This document shows positions 39,465 through 49,384 of a stretch of 64,000 bases of DNA, in pieces. The translations under genes and the position numbers were made by a program. Numbering within the stretch: the stretch's first letter is position 1; the number at the start of each line of letters is the position of its first letter. The notes beneath the pieces are model-generated. The model worked only from the letters and a program-made list of their open reading frames with translations, did not search any database and was not told the DNA's origin. The stretch is from a virus (taxonomy: Duplodnaviria; Heunggongvirae; Uroviricota; Caudoviricetes): positions 1-64,000 of IMG/VR virus record IMGVR_UViG_3300001598_000046. One strand, given 5' to 3'.

Positions 39465-39932
39465 ATGAAATCATTAATTGAAAGTCTTTTGGATGCTGGT
39501 GTGGCTGATAAAACTTTGGATAAAAATATCAAGAATTTTGAAGAGGTAATGTATATCCGCGAGTTGGTTCATAAATATCTTTACGAGCCAACTATTGGTT
39601 TTTCTTACGATGTTACCCCTAAAACCGGTGGTTCTCATTGGTTTAATGAAGAATATGGTGAATATACCATCAAGATGAAAGTTAGTGAACTTAACAGATT
39701 ATATCGTTTAATGGGAAGAGAATTATTGCAACATTTTGGTCAAGATAAGATGCTGGTCGAATTAGATTCTGAACGCGGTGTCAGATATGTTCTTGAATTT
39801 AGATTCAAGATGTTTGAAAAATGTGATAGAAATGGTTGTCTCCCATATCCTAATATAAAAGTGATAATTGCAAAGAACAGTATGGGTAAAATGTTCACAT
39901 ACGTAAAACTACCAAAATTCTTTATACAATGA
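39465..39932 (+). CDS. leader-family protein 3 (N-terminus MKSLIESLLDAGVADKT), function unknown
   Basis: 155 aa; conserved leader, unrelated body. Confidence 0.55.
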   Translation: MKSLIESLLDAGVADKTLDKNIKNFEEVMYIRELVHKYLYEPTIGFSYDVTPKTGGSHWFNEEYGEYTIKMKVSELNRLYRLMGRELLQHFGQDKMLVELDSERGVRYVLEFRFKMFEKCDRNGCLPYPNIKVIIAKNSMGKMFTYVKLPKFFIQ

Positions 39933-42451
39933 TAAAATTTATTGACATAAATACTCGTCATACATATAATGGTGATAAACCGTATGTTCATTGGTTTGAT
40001 GGCCAACAAAGTACTGGCCTAATCTACACCAAAAACCTCTATATCCTTTCGGACAAGGCATCACTTAATATTAGTATTCCACAAAATGATATTTTCCATC
40101 TTCTTGATATTACGAATATGGAAGAAGTTATTATAGATGGTTTTGATTATAAGGATATTACAAAAATGTACAAGAATAACTTGACATTAACTGGAGTAGC
40201 TTATGATTCAACTCATTATATTTATGTAGTATATCTTGCTTGTAGTAGTTCGATGGCTCTTGAAGCTCGTGAAGATGTTACCATTGATAATGCAGCTTAT
40301 ACCATTGGTGCCGACTTTTTTGCAGAACGTGAAGAGCTCAAAATAAATATTGCCAATCAAGGTTGCGAGATACCCGAAACAATCCAACGCGCTATCTATG
40401 ATAGTGATGTACACGAAGAGATGATGGATAATATCCTCCTCAATCGTAAGTATAAAGAATTGATGATGAATTTCATTGATATTGTTGGAAATAAAGGTTC
40501 GTATAAATCACTTCTCAATTCTCTTAATTGGTTCGAATATGGTGATCTTCTCAAACTCCACGAATTTTGGAAACATACTGAGTGGGGTAGAGTAATATAT
40601 AATGATCAAGATTTTTGCCAAGTATTGAGAGATAAGATGGATAATATCCTCGTCAATTTCTCAAAGACTACATATATGGGTATTTATTGTGCGATGGAAA
40701 GAGAAACAGGTAACCTCGATCCAATTGAGATTTTAGACCATCAGGAACAATTCTTACCTGAGCCAATACCCGAGCTCGAAATGATTATATTTAAGTGGTC
40801 TATTAATGAGATGGCATTGAAGATGACATTACTTGGTAACTTTTTCGAAACATACTTTATGCCAATCCATACAGACCTTATTCATAGTACTCTTGAGGAT
40901 ATAGTATATACAGATTCAGTTAAGTTGATACCGGGTGGGCAAATGAGACGTGAAGATTATGTAATCCATAATATTCCTGTTATTTGCAACGTAAAAGATG
41001 GTGATTGTTTTGTATTGGAGAATGCTGAAACTCGCGTTGAACCCGATACACATTTTGTTACTGAAACTGATGATTATATGAAGCATACCATATTTGGTAT
41101 TAACGATGTTGCTGTTTCAGGTATGGGTGCAGTATCTAATGATTTTGTCAAGAAATTCTATCTCAATAGATATAATGGTATCGGTGTCATCATACCATTT
41201 GAATTTGAGATGGATGCCTGTGATGATGATATTATTTTTCGTGAAGATTTCGCACTTCGTAGTGATGCAACACTCCAATGGGAGCACCTTATCTTTACTG
41301 AGAAATATGCTGCGGTTGATGGTAAATTTAAGATCAAATTCAATTTACTTGTCACTCACGACTACGAATATGATCTCCGTGTGATATTCCGCTCAAATTG
41401 TGGAAATATTTATATTAAGAGAGTCAAATTCAATGTAATAGATATAAGACGTTCATTATTATCTATTTATAAGATTATGCCAAATCTTGATAATAAAGAG
41501 TATCATAATAATGATTTTATGTTCAAGCACTATAATGGATATAGTGATGGATTCCCTTATATCTTACCAGTGGTATTCTCAACATATTATACTTACCATA
41601 AATATTTCATACCATATAATCCAAATATTGATGAAAATTATGGAGTTAAGCTTAAACAACTCATCTCAATATATGGTAAATATATGATAAATAGTAAATT
41701 CGAATCTCTTGATGGTTTGGTTGATACGGCATTACGGCAGCTCCCACTCGATGATAATACAATCACGGCACAGAAAATTTACAATGCAAAGGGTTTACCT
41801 GCAGGAATAACACAACACGATAGAGATCTTATTATGGGTATAACTATATATTTGAGTTATCCTGAAAATTCAAAATTAACGAGATCGTGGGTATATTTAT
41901 GCAAATATTATACAAGATATCGTAAAGAGAAATTTGTACAGGATGCGAGTGGAGAATGGAAACCAACGGATGGTCTCCCATCATTCTATACATTTATCGC
42001 CGATTCATTTGCAACTCGAGATGGTTGTACTTTACCATTCCCAAATAATATTATTAATGATCTTGAACAATATTTTCTAAAGATCTACAATATCAAACAC
42101 GTCTTAGTTCGCAATGAACTTGTATATATTCCATTTGACCACCACCTTGAACCACTTAATCGTGAAACGATAGAGGGCCTTACAATTAATGAAGATGAAA
42201 CACTTTGTGTGATACCTGATATCAAATATCTCAAACGTATTACCGAACACGAATGGGTATTCCATAATGCATCAACAGGACACGATTATATTATGCCAAC
42301 AATCAAAGAACCATTTGTGGCATCAAAAGATCCAAATTATCCAATTCTTGATCCAGGGTATTACGATATCATATTCAGATATAAATTGGCGACAAATGCG
42401 GATACAATTCACGAAATTTGTCTCAAGAGTGCATTTATTCAACGCGCATAA
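39929..42451 (+). CDS. large hypothetical protein (candidate tail fibre/baseplate distal component)
   Basis: 840 aa; last gene of plus-strand structural block. Confidence 0.45.
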   Translation: MIKFIDINTRHTYNGDKPYVHWFDGQQSTGLIYTKNLYILSDKASLNISIPQNDIFHLLDITNMEEVIIDGFDYKDITKMYKNNLTLTGVAYDSTHYIYVVYLACSSSMALEAREDVTIDNAAYTIGADFFAEREELKINIANQGCEIPETIQRAIYDSDVHEEMMDNILLNRKYKELMMNFIDIVGNKGSYKSLLNSLNWFEYGDLLKLHEFWKHTEWGRVIYNDQDFCQVLRDKMDNILVNFSKTTYMGIYCAMERETGNLDPIEILDHQEQFLPEPIPELEMIIFKWSINEMALKMTLLGNFFETYFMPIHTDLIHSTLEDIVYTDSVKLIPGGQMRREDYVIHNIPVICNVKDGDCFVLENAETRVEPDTHFVTETDDYMKHTIFGINDVAVSGMGAVSNDFVKKFYLNRYNGIGVIIPFEFEMDACDDDIIFREDFALRSDATLQWEHLIFTEKYAAVDGKFKIKFNLLVTHDYEYDLRVIFRSNCGNIYIKRVKFNVIDIRRSLLSIYKIMPNLDNKEYHNNDFMFKHYNGYSDGFPYILPVVFSTYYTYHKYFIPYNPNIDENYGVKLKQLISIYGKYMINSKFESLDGLVDTALRQLPLDDNTITAQKIYNAKGLPAGITQHDRDLIMGITIYLSYPENSKLTRSWVYLCKYYTRYRKEKFVQDASGEWKPTDGLPSFYTFIADSFATRDGCTLPFPNNIINDLEQYFLKIYNIKHVLVRNELVYIPFDHHLEPLNRETIEGLTINEDETLCVIPDIKYLKRITEHEWVFHNASTGHDYIMPTIKEPFVASKDPNYPILDPGYYDIIFRYKLATNADTIHEICLKSAFIQRA

Positions 42452-42482
42452 AAAAATGGCCAACATCAAGTTGGCCATTTTT
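42452..42482. terminator. bidirectional hairpin terminator
   Basis: AAAAATGGCCAAC atcaa GTTGGCCATTTTT between convergent genes. Confidence 0.55.
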
Positions 42483-42483
42483 A

Positions 42484-43167
42484 TTATATTTTCATCACCA
42501 CTGGTTCTCGATGTACATTATAATGTTCATCAACAATTGATACATTTCTACAATGACATTGTCCAATCTGCTCATGTTCAATACCGGTATGAATATGACC
42601 TGAGATACAATATTTGATACCACCCTTTTTGAGACGATCTCTCAAAGCCAATGAACCAAAATTTCTACCATAGTTCCAACCCTGATGAGAAGTTCCAATT
42701 TCTCCAAATGGAGATGCGTGAGATATGAGTACATCACAATCAGGAATTGCTTGCATATAATTGGTATCATCAGGTACCTCAAAAGCCCAACGAACACTAT
42801 AACCAATTTGAGTAATCCACGGAGTCCCATAGAAGGTTTTACCTTTATACTCATATGAACTATCACAAAGATAGATGATTTTTTCATTCGAAGTAAGGAG
42901 TTGGATAAATTCATCATACAAATTTATATGATTAACATACTTCTTGCGTTCAAACACCAAATCGTGGTTGCCGGCGATCATAATAACCTTTTCACAAGGT
43001 AATGAATCAACCCACGGAAGAAACGTATCCTGTACCCATTCTTTGCAGGGCATATGATATCCCTGAACATCCAATGGAACGGTATCACCAGCAATTACAA
43101 CAACCTCACATTTTTCAGTAATGATTGGTAATTCACCGTGCATATCACTTAATGCTATTATCTTCAT
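42484..43167 (-). CDS. calcineurin-like metallophosphoesterase
   Basis: LSDMHG, AGDTV, GNHD motifs; 227 aa. Confidence 0.7.
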   Translation of the reverse strand: MKIIALSDMHGELPIITEKCEVVVIAGDTVPLDVQGYHMPCKEWVQDTFLPWVDSLPCEKVIMIAGNHDLVFERKKYVNHINLYDEFIQLLTSNEKIIYLCDSSYEYKGKTFYGTPWITQIGYSVRWAFEVPDDTNYMQAIPDCDVLISHASPFGEIGTSHQGWNYGRNFGSLALRDRLKKGGIKYCISGHIHTGIEHEQIGQCHCRNVSIVDEHYNVHREPVVMKI

Positions 43168-43771
43168 AATCTTCTATATAAATATCTTTTGGATCAACTT
43201 TTTTGACAAACATTACATTGAATAACTTCTCACCACCATATATATGCTCACAAAATTCACTTGTTGATGATGAACTCATATCAAATTTACTCCAAGTCAG
43301 GTCATTTGATAACCTCACAGTAAACCTCGATCGTATATATTTATTCTTGGAGCTTTTCTTTTTCCAAGATCTACCAGTTTTTCGAGTATCACTTGTGAGT
43401 AACTCAATCATCTCAATATAATTACGCCCACTACTACCATAAGTTTTATACTTTCGACTTAGCGTTTCGTAAATACGATTGATTCGTTCATTTGGTTTAT
43501 TTCTCCTTACAAAATCCCAATACCATCTACAAGTTGGCAATGACCAACCCTCTTTTTCAAGTGCTATTATCAAATCATCTCTCAATTTATAATCAAGATT
43601 TTGTGGATGATATTTTGTTGGTGGTATATAGCCAACAAGATTTATTTCACTATTGTTACGCTCAAGTATAAGTACCTTACGATCCTTATACATCGCATAT
43701 TTACCGACAAGGAATGCATCCTTTATTTGGTCGGATGTAATATTCGCTGTATCATTAGTTAATAAACTCAT
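43145..43771 (-). CDS. hypothetical protein
   Basis: 208-aa basic ORF. Confidence 0.45.
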   Translation of the reverse strand: MSLLTNDTANITSDQIKDAFLVGKYAMYKDRKVLILERNNSEINLVGYIPPTKYHPQNLDYKLRDDLIIALEKEGWSLPTCRWYWDFVRRNKPNERINRIYETLSRKYKTYGSSGRNYIEMIELLTSDTRKTGRSWKKKSSKNKYIRSRFTVRLSNDLTWSKFDMSSSSTSEFCEHIYGGEKLFNVMFVKKVDPKDIYIEDYEDNSIK

Positions 43772-44058
43772 TTAAGAAGACATTTAAGGGTTTGTATACA
43801 TTTCCATAATTCAATACAATATGGATCAATCGAAACTATCTCAAGTTTTTCATTTCTCCCATATGGGTTTGATTCATAATGGCAAAGTGCATCTTGCTTT
43901 TTCTCACTCCCACATATATTGACAGTCAATCCTTTTCGGAAGAATATTTGGCTAAATGATACACGTTTATCAACTTTATCCATCAATACCTCCTCAAGCA
44001 TCGTAATGCATGTGCTTGAGGAGATTGAAAGTGGTGTATCAGGGATTCTGAGTTCCAT
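43768..44058 (-). CDS. hypothetical protein
   Basis: 96-aa ORF. Confidence 0.35.
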   Translation of the reverse strand: MELRIPDTPLSISSSTCITMLEEVLMDKVDKRVSFSQIFFRKGLTVNICGSEKKQDALCHYESNPYGRNEKLEIVSIDPYCIELWKCIQTLKCLLK

Positions 44059-44531
44059 TAATCATCATCCTCTTTTTCGTCATCTTCACCAGTATACTCA
44101 GGGAACTCATCACAAACAACTTCGATGAAATTCTTAACGGTACCAAATACCTCTTCAAGATTTGGAATATCTACTCCAAGCTGTCTTGAGTTTTCATCAT
44201 AATAGAGCACTTCTATATTATCCAATGAATGTGCATAATGATCATATTCAGAATCGAATGGTACGAGATCGAAGTCATATATTAATTGCTGGATTGTATC
44301 CGGCATATCATCAATATAACCTTCACCAGTTGCCCATTGTGCAGCTATCAATGCGTAAAGAAGTGCATCTTCACTATCATCCCACTCTTCTTTACTGAAC
44401 TCAAGAGTATCTTCACGATCATCACCATCATTCATATCACCTTCGATACGAATTTCATAGTATGGTCTCTGTTTTCCTGTTGGTTCCTCAATAGTAAAAT
44501 ACTCACGAATGTTTTTGTCCGGTTTTTTCAT
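44058..44531 (-). CDS. highly acidic hypothetical protein
   Basis: 157 aa, very Asp/Glu-rich incl. C-terminal EDDEKEDDD. Confidence 0.45.
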   Translation of the reverse strand: MKKPDKNIREYFTIEEPTGKQRPYYEIRIEGDMNDGDDREDTLEFSKEEWDDSEDALLYALIAAQWATGEGYIDDMPDTIQQLIYDFDLVPFDSEYDHYAHSLDNIEVLYYDENSRQLGVDIPNLEEVFGTVKNFIEVVCDEFPEYTGEDDEKEDDD

Positions 44532-44764
44532 AATTCAATATGCATTATTTTTGCTTTATGTCTACAAAGTACATTCCAACCATATGGGCAATCATTTGCT
44601 GTATATAACATACCATCTATTTGAACGATGGATCTATAGTTTTTATTATCAGCATCAGCCCAGTAATTTTCATCTGAGCAATCAAACCATATATAAGGTA
44701 CTATCTCTTTCATATACTCAACCAAATTTTTAATGTAACCATTACACCAAGGAGCCACATACAT
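44528..44764 (-). CDS. hypothetical protein
   Basis: 78-aa ORF. Confidence 0.3.
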   Translation of the reverse strand: MYVAPWCNGYIKNLVEYMKEIVPYIWFDCSDENYWADADNKNYRSIVQIDGMLYTANDCPYGWNVLCRHKAKIMHIEL

Positions 44765-44967
44765 ACCTCACCAAATAAAGGTTCTCTTGAGAGTTTATCG
44801 AGAAGTCGAATCATTTCATTATCCAACGTATCCATATCAATATGGAAGTGATCTCTCAAACACTCCTTGCGAAATTGCTTGTTATATGCAAACAAAAAGT
44901 CTGCGACAATTGAAAAGATATTTCCAACAAGTACTACCGTAAAAAAGATTGCGATTGCTGTTTTCAT
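44710..44967 (-). CDS. small membrane protein
   Basis: 85 aa, N-terminal hydrophobic AIAIFFTVVLVGNIFSIVADFLF; overlaps upstream ORF start. Confidence 0.3.
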   Translation of the reverse strand: MKTAIAIFFTVVLVGNIFSIVADFLFAYNKQFRKECLRDHFHIDMDTLDNEMIRLLDKLSREPLFGEVCMWLLGVMVTLKIWLSI

Positions 44968-45044
44968 ATATTAGTCATTATTTTCATCATCGTTATACTC
45001 GAGCTTTGCAAGGATTCCGGAGATTATATTAAGCTCGTCAATAT

Positions 45045-45620
45045 TCAATCTCTCAACACCAATAGGGTATCCAAATCTCTCATATCCATTAAATGCACCC
45101 ACAATCTACTGATGGTTTCGATGGTGGTGTCTCGGTTAATGCATCTCAAGCAACCAAAAAGAGAATCTCCTGTAGCAACCTCAACCAATCTCTTATTCTT
45201 TCGGTGAGGTCCGATCTCGTTACCCCACATATCGAAGCGAATATCCATTGGCTGTCGGCAACCATCAGCATCAAACGTGTTAATTATCACCTCGTTGTTA
45301 AAAACGTGGCGCACCACACCATACTCCGAACCAAAACAACCATTGCGGTTTGATGTTACAAGAACAGGAGTACCAGCCTCAATACCGTGGAGAGTTCTGT
45401 GGTAATTGAAATTTTCAATCACCGAATGAACAGGTATCTCAACATCCACAGCAGCTCGGAGGGCATTTATCAACTCCTGTCCTGTAATACTGTCGTCAAC
45501 CTCGGCAATAAAACTTCTGCTTGGAACGCCAGCAATCTTCTTTCCTATCTCATTGAAATTTACAATTACCTCGTACTTCATATATTGTCTATTGGAGGGA
45601 TGGTTTGGTATCTCCAACAT
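45045..45620 (-). CDS. hypothetical protein
   Basis: 191-aa ORF. Confidence 0.45.
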   Translation of the reverse strand: MLEIPNHPSNRQYMKYEVIVNFNEIGKKIAGVPSRSFIAEVDDSITGQELINALRAAVDVEIPVHSVIENFNYHRTLHGIEAGTPVLVTSNRNGCFGSEYGVVRHVFNNEVIINTFDADGCRQPMDIRFDMWGNEIGPHRKNKRLVEVATGDSLFGCLRCINRDTTIETISRLWVHLMDMRDLDTLLVLRD

Positions 45621-45672
45621 ATATAGATAACAAAACTTCCCGAAATCTTTAGTAATTCCGGGAAGTTTTTTT
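45621..45672 (-). promoter_or_regulatory. intergenic cassette: conserved-loop hairpin terminator plus ATATAGATAACAAAA box abutting ATG
   Basis: Box 45621-45635 directly adjacent to start codon at 45620; stem CTTCCCG(45636-45642)/CGGGAAG(45659-45665), loop aaatctttagtaattc, T-run. Confidence 0.45.
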
Positions 45673-45753
45673 GTTCAAAGTTTATGTATTTCGTGTAAGG
45701 TGGTTATACCAAAACTCAGTCGCGTGATATTTGAAGATGTTCCTCGTAACTCA

Positions 45754-47253
45754 TTACTCCTCAGGATTTGTATATGCTCCTTCCATCTCCATATCAACCT
45801 CACCAGCATCGATTGCCTTTGCTTCGCGGTTGCGATATGCAAATGTCTTGATCTTGAACGCCTCCTTGAGTGGGTCATTTTCGATACGAAGTACGAGACC
45901 CTCGCGTGGTACCTTGTTGGCACAGAATGGCTCATTCTCTTCCATACCGAAACGCTTATCTATTGCGAGACGGCGAATAACTTCTGCACGCCAAGCATCA
46001 AGATTTTCAGTTGAAATATCAGGATAGAGCTCGGCCAATGTTCCGTGATATACTTGATCAATCACTCGGATATGATTTGCAACATCCTGAAGACCATTAT
46101 TGATGAGAATCTGTTTGAACAATTTTGTCCAAGTGATTACACCCTCAATATTGGCTTCGATATGCTTATCCTCAGTAACATCATAAGCGTTGACACGGTA
46201 GATCATAAGCTGAGATTCACGAGGGCCGCAACCATAATCGTAGTTCTTTTGGATTGGACCACCTGATGGCAAGAATCCAACGATCTCACCATAGATAGTA
46301 GTGCCTCTTGGGATGAAATCCTTGATGAGGTTGTTCCAATGTGCCCAAACATCCTCATTATAGAATCCTGGGGTTACATCCTTATTGATGTACTGGTTCT
46401 TGATAACTGAACGGCTTGAGTAAACATTACCATACTCAGTCAATGGGATATCTGCACCGAAGAACTTCTTAACCTTCTCCCAAAATGAGAGTTCACGATT
46501 AACAAGAATATTACCGAAGATCGCAGAAGTACCGTGGATTTTGACTGTAAGGTCTACAACCTGATCAGGTTCGAGGCGGAAAGCATTCTTCTCGAGCTGT
46601 GCGGTGTCATAGTGGAATGAAAACTCACCCGGAACAAGACGATCGAATCTCTTGAGCTTTTTGTTGCGTTTCTTTGCACGATCCTTAGCGATCGCAGGCT
46701 GCTGTTTTGGTGCTGGGATATAAGCCTGAATGAACTGCTCGCCACCAACCATATCGAAGGTATCACCAACGTGGATCTCATCATTGAAGTAAGGGATCTC
46801 TATACCTTTTGAATGGAGGTAATTCTGCATTGCATCGAGGCTAAAGAGGTAACCCATAGATACCTGACCGCGGAGCTTGATCATACGGATACGACCATTG
46901 CGCTCGAAGAATCCGTGATGCTCGGCGTTTGGATTGGCATTCATCTCAGGATGGCAATACTCATCATTGATACGAAGGAAGTCATCGCAGAGCTGTGTTT
47001 CCATATCGGCGTAGAACATCAGGTCACCAGTGTGGACATCATCCTTACGGACTACAATTGGCATATTTGGCTTGATCTCGGTTTTTGCAATGGCGTCTGC
47101 ACCTTCAATTGGAAGGATCTCACCGATGCGAACAAGTTCACAAGCATACTCGGCCTTGAAGTGTTCTGATTTTGAAAAAATTTGTTTCATATTTTTGTTA
47201 TTTATTGAGTTATCGAATTTATTTACCAATCTTTTCCATAAAAACAATGCCAC
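45754..47253 (-). CDS. Rnl2-family RNA ligase-like nucleotidyltransferase with N-terminal extension
   Basis: Motif I VKIHGTSAIF (cf. T4 Rnl2 KIHGTN); 499 aa vs ~334 for T4 Rnl2. Confidence 0.45.
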   Translation of the reverse strand: MALFLWKRLVNKFDNSINNKNMKQIFSKSEHFKAEYACELVRIGEILPIEGADAIAKTEIKPNMPIVVRKDDVHTGDLMFYADMETQLCDDFLRINDEYCHPEMNANPNAEHHGFFERNGRIRMIKLRGQVSMGYLFSLDAMQNYLHSKGIEIPYFNDEIHVGDTFDMVGGEQFIQAYIPAPKQQPAIAKDRAKKRNKKLKRFDRLVPGEFSFHYDTAQLEKNAFRLEPDQVVDLTVKIHGTSAIFGNILVNRELSFWEKVKKFFGADIPLTEYGNVYSSRSVIKNQYINKDVTPGFYNEDVWAHWNNLIKDFIPRGTTIYGEIVGFLPSGGPIQKNYDYGCGPRESQLMIYRVNAYDVTEDKHIEANIEGVITWTKLFKQILINNGLQDVANHIRVIDQVYHGTLAELYPDISTENLDAWRAEVIRRLAIDKRFGMEENEPFCANKVPREGLVLRIENDPLKEAFKIKTFAYRNREAKAIDAGEVDMEMEGAYTNPEE

Positions 47254-47441
47254 TGTCCATTGACGACTATTGGTGCATCAACTAAGCAGTACGTTTCATT
47301 ATTTTCTCGGAGTTTCCGGTATAGGCAACCAAGACATGCGCAGGTGGTGGAGGGTCTTTTCCTTGTTCTTAATATATCAAATGGATCATTCATTTTTAGT
47401 ATGTTTACTCGATTTTTAGTTGCTATCGTACCTTATTCAAA

Positions 47442-48083
47442 TCATATTTGCCCATATAATCTTATATCTTTTGGATCGATGATGCGTACACGAGCTGGAT
47501 ATGGATGTTCATCTGAGAATGTTTGTCTACTCAATGGATTTGTAACCATCCCAGTTTGTTTTGCGATCTCCGGCCACATAAAATAACATATGATTGCGAT
47601 CATCGCTTTCTTGTAGTTTTCCATATTGAAGTGTTCGAGTGGTCTGCGATGACCTTCTTCGATTACTGCGTTGTTCAACTCATACCCATATTCGGAGAGA
47701 TCTCTACATACCTGTTGCTTGGGTTGATGGAACTCATGTTGACCTTTAGTAAAGAGGTAACAATTTGAATCTTCGTGAAACTCAACCTTATCAAATAGAT
47801 GCATCTCAATACCTCTACGAATAAACTTCGTTTTGTATGAGTAGAATTTACCTTTGAGGCCAGCAGGAACATCATTACACTTGACACCACGATTCACTAA
47901 CGAAATGGTATAAAGAATCTCATCAAGATTGATGAAGCTATATGGAATAACCATATCAGCATACTCACGAACCCATTTATTGAGCTTTTTACCCGCGGCC
48001 TTGTCCTCCATAATGATGTTATACAACATTCTCATTGTGGCTTTGTGATGGCCGGAAAATTCGTATATATCTCCTATCGTCAT
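47442..48083 (-). CDS. hypothetical protein
   Basis: 213-aa ORF, no motif recognised. Confidence 0.45.
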   Translation of the reverse strand: MTIGDIYEFSGHHKATMRMLYNIIMEDKAAGKKLNKWVREYADMVIPYSFINLDEILYTISLVNRGVKCNDVPAGLKGKFYSYKTKFIRRGIEMHLFDKVEFHEDSNCYLFTKGQHEFHQPKQQVCRDLSEYGYELNNAVIEEGHRRPLEHFNMENYKKAMIAIICYFMWPEIAKQTGMVTNPLSRQTFSDEHPYPARVRIIDPKDIRLYGQI

Positions 48084-48364
48084 TACTCGGCAACTATTAC
48101 AGTTTCACATCCACTCATCCATTCGATACTCGTTGGTTCCGAAACGGATATAACCTTTGGATCATTCTCACGGAGATTATCACTATACTCATTGAACTCA
48201 TCCAAAGCCTCCTGCATAGACTCAGCAATGATCAAAATTGTGTGATGATATGTTGTGGTTGGATCCATATTACCACATATAACCTGTGCCGGTCCTGTGG
48301 TCGTAAATTGAACTTTGTAAGCGTACTGCATAATATAATGATTTAATTTATTTGACAAAGGCAT
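48083..48364 (-). CDS. hypothetical protein
   Basis: 93-aa ORF. Confidence 0.35.
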   Translation of the reverse strand: MPLSNKLNHYIMQYAYKVQFTTTGPAQVICGNMDPTTTYHHTILIIAESMQEALDEFNEYSDNLRENDPKVISVSEPTSIEWMSGCETVIVAE

Positions 48365-48531
48365 CCATCATACCCAGGGATATACTCCACTCGAATTGGA
48401 TCGCATTCATATGCTTCTCTGAATGTTTCGATGGCATCTTCCATCCTTTCAGCGATAACCATCACATTTCTTTCCTCATTATTATCGAGGTAAACTATAC
48501 GATATGGTTCAAACATATTCTTGATTTTTGA

Positions 48532-48774
48532 TTAACACTCAGTTACCATCTCGATCGCGATATGGTCAAAATTCTGCACTCTTTTGATCAATTCGATGTC
48601 TGGAGCGGGACCATCGAACTCAGCCTTGAATACCTCGACTGCATTTTCATAGTTCTGTGCAACGACCAACATATTATGCTGCACCATCTCAGTGATAAAA
48701 CACTTCTCACCATTTTTCATAATGATCTTACGTGCTGGCAACTTGAACAAGAACTCATATGCTTCTAACTTCAT
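48532..48774 (-). CDS. hypothetical protein
   Basis: 80-aa ORF. Confidence 0.35.
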   Translation of the reverse strand: MKLEAYEFLFKLPARKIIMKNGEKCFITEMVQHNMLVVAQNYENAVEVFKAEFDGPAPDIELIKRVQNFDHIAIEMVTEC

Positions 48775-48815
48775 AGTCTATAGGTGAAGGAGTTTTGGTT
48801 TATCTCCCTTACATC

Positions 48816-48865
48816 TATATATAACAAAACCCCCTAAAACATTTAGTAGTTTTAGGGGGTTTTTG
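48816..48865 (-). promoter_or_regulatory. intergenic cassette: conserved-loop hairpin terminator plus TATATATAACAAAA box
   Basis: Box 48816-48829; stem CCCCCTAAAA(48830-48839)/TTTTAGGGGG(48850-48859), loop catttagtag, T-run. Confidence 0.45.
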
Positions 48866-48887
48866 AGGTGCTCCTCGCCAATATTTA

Positions 48888-49370
48888 TTATAAAATGTCT
48901 CTCGTAATCCTATATCGAACAACACCAATCACCTTCAATCTTTCCAACCAAAGAACATCAGGATCCTTTAGTATACTTTTTTTCTCAATCAATTCATATC
49001 CACCGATATCATTCTTGATCAATAAAATATCATTTGGTCGAGTTTGGTTGTAGCTTGTTCGTTCAATAATGAGTGCATCACCATTATAAATATTTCGATC
49101 TTCAAGTAAGAATCCACCAGCGACTGCAATGACATACCGTTTATCTTTCCAATCGAAGAGACCACCATCAATACTTGTATCTCTCTTTTTGATCCTCACC
49201 TTTTGAAACTTAAATGGCTTAAATGGATAATCGGGAGAGTCATAAAAATATTTATAACTATGTGTCAATGCAACAGGAACATCTATTTGTAGTGCACGAA
49301 TTGACAAATAAAATACGAGAGCATATATTAATGCTCCACAAATTGGAATAATGATATATAATGCATCCAT
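48888..49370 (-). CDS. membrane-anchored protein, possibly S24/S26 peptidase-like
   Basis: N-terminal TM; GDALIIER..NDILLIK weakly resembles LexA/signal-peptidase beta-barrel; weak. Confidence 0.3.
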   Translation of the reverse strand: MDALYIIIPICGALIYALVFYLSIRALQIDVPVALTHSYKYFYDSPDYPFKPFKFQKVRIKKRDTSIDGGLFDWKDKRYVIAVAGGFLLEDRNIYNGDALIIERTSYNQTRPNDILLIKNDIGGYELIEKKSILKDPDVLWLERLKVIGVVRYRITRDIL

Positions 49371-49384
49371 AATCTAATATATGG

